From contig CM075993.1 in assembly GCA_038087875.1 (NCBI GenBank), positions 2,048,001-2,112,000 of the forward strand: a stretch of DNA of 64,000 nt, written 5' to 3'. The position numbers and the translations under genes are program-made. This DNA is from Malacoraja senta. Taxonomy: Eukaryota. The notes beneath the pieces were generated by a model that searched no databases, was not told the origin of the DNA, and saw only the letters and a list, made by a program, of their open reading frames with translations. Numbering within the stretch: position 1 is the first letter of the stretch; every line of letters begins with the position of its first letter. This document shows, in pieces, positions 62,724-64,000 of the stretch.

Positions 62724-63110
62724 AAGCGCAGGCTCGGCGATCGTTTCGCTGAACACCTCCGCTCAGTCCACCTAAACCTACCCGATCTCCCGGTGGCTCA
62801 GCACTTTAACTCCCCCTCCCATTCCCAATCTGACCTTTCTGTCCTGGGCCTCCTCCATTGTCAGAGTGAGGCCCAGCGCAAATTGGAGGAACAGCACCTC
62901 ATATTTCGCTTGGGCAGTTTACACCCCAGCGGTATGAACATTGACTTCCCTAACTTCAAGTAGCCCTTGCTTTCTCTCTCTCTCCAACCTCTCCCCCTTC
63001 CCAGTTCTCCCACCAGTCTCACTGTCTCCGACTACATTCTATCTTTGTCCCGCAGCATCTCTGGAGAGAAGGAAGTGGCGACGCTTCGGGTCGAGACCCT
63101 TCTTCAGACT
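62724..63110 (+). mobile_element. Penelope-like GIY-YIG endonuclease C-terminus (62724-62963), UTR and inverted pLTR
   Basis: KRRLGDRFAEHLRSV..PVAQHFNSPSHS..SVLGL..QRKLEEQHLIFRLGSLHPSGMN, 80 codons including stop, no internal stop. Confidence 0.9.
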
Positions 63111-63704
63111 GGTCATTGTTAGCTGCGGGCTGAATGAAAACGTGCTACACAAGTCTGTGTTGAAAAGCCTTTGAATAAGATTCATTAGGTACTGAAATTT
63201 GTTTGAATTCTCCCTGAAATGTGTTACACGACACACAGTTGCTTTTGAATCACTTGAAATCGCAAGAATTAACAAGAGTTAATATTTGCACTGGGATTTT
63301 TTAACATCATTGCTGACAAGACCTGTATTTATGGTCCATTCCTGATTGCTCTGAAACCCAGTGGCTTGTTAGACCATTGTTGAGATCAGTTAAGAACCAG
63401 TGGGCTATAAATTCTTTTGTATAGTGTGAAGTTTTTACTGTGTCACCTCAAGGAATTTAATCTAAATTCCAATTATGAAATGCAATTGGCTTTTTGGGGG
63501 TGGGTCACACAGGTTTGAACATTTTTTTATTGGCTTCTATGTGTTTCTAACATGAAAGCAGCAGAAAAAATGCTTCAAAGTCAAATGGCTTGCTATTCGG
63601 ATTTGAGCTCAATTAGTTGCATGCAGCAAAAATCAAACGCTGGAGAGGAATGGGCAGTTGATGTTTTCATTCGAGACCCATTCTCATGTATTGTCACAAA
63701 ACAT

Positions 63705-64000
63705 AATTCATGTTCATAAGTGATGGGAGTAGAATTAGGTCATTTGGCCCATCACAAAAGTCCACTCCGCCATTCGATCATGGCTGATCTATCTTTCTCT
63801 CATAACCCCATTCTCCTGCCTTCACCCCATAACCCCTGACACTCGTACGAATCAAGAATCTATCTATCTCTGCCTTCAAAATATCCACTGACAGCATCCA
63901 CAGCCTTGTGGAGTAGAATGGCAATGAATTCTGAAGATTCACCACCCTCTGACTAAAGAAATTCCTTCTCATCTCCTTCCTAAAGGGCCTGTCCCACTTA
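63705..64000 (-). mobile_element. CR1 3' fragment with a MITE left TIR starting at 63984
   Basis: MRRNFFSQRVVNLQNSLP; TAA|AGGGCCTGTCCCACTTA at the window end. Confidence 0.8.

Overview
This is eukaryotic, repeat-dense, apparently non-coding (intergenic or intronic) DNA. The repeat content points to a cartilaginous fish, probably a skate or ray (inference): tRNA-headed V-SINEs of HE1 type, CR1, Rex1/Babar, L2, L1/Tx1, RTE and Penelope fragments. I found no host exon, rRNA, true tRNA gene or CRISPR array that I can support. Almost every ORF in the track is a retroelement fragment, an antisense reading of a repeat, or a microsatellite artefact. The most notable signal is a family of short Penelope pseudo-LTR (pLTR) derived units. 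They carry a minimal hammerhead-ribozyme-like core (CTGAAGA-A-stem II-GAAACGTC), insert alone as fold-back elements with 10-15 bp target-site duplications (TSDs), share identical complex junctions at distant loci, and form 49-bp and 66/190-bp tandem arrays. Also present are a diverse PIF/Harbinger-type MITE family, an 8-bp-TSD DNA element, two bipartite RTE-derived families, a young 5'-truncated L1 with an open ORF2, and long microsatellites. Repeat boundaries are by eye and approximate unless a TSD or TIR is quoted.
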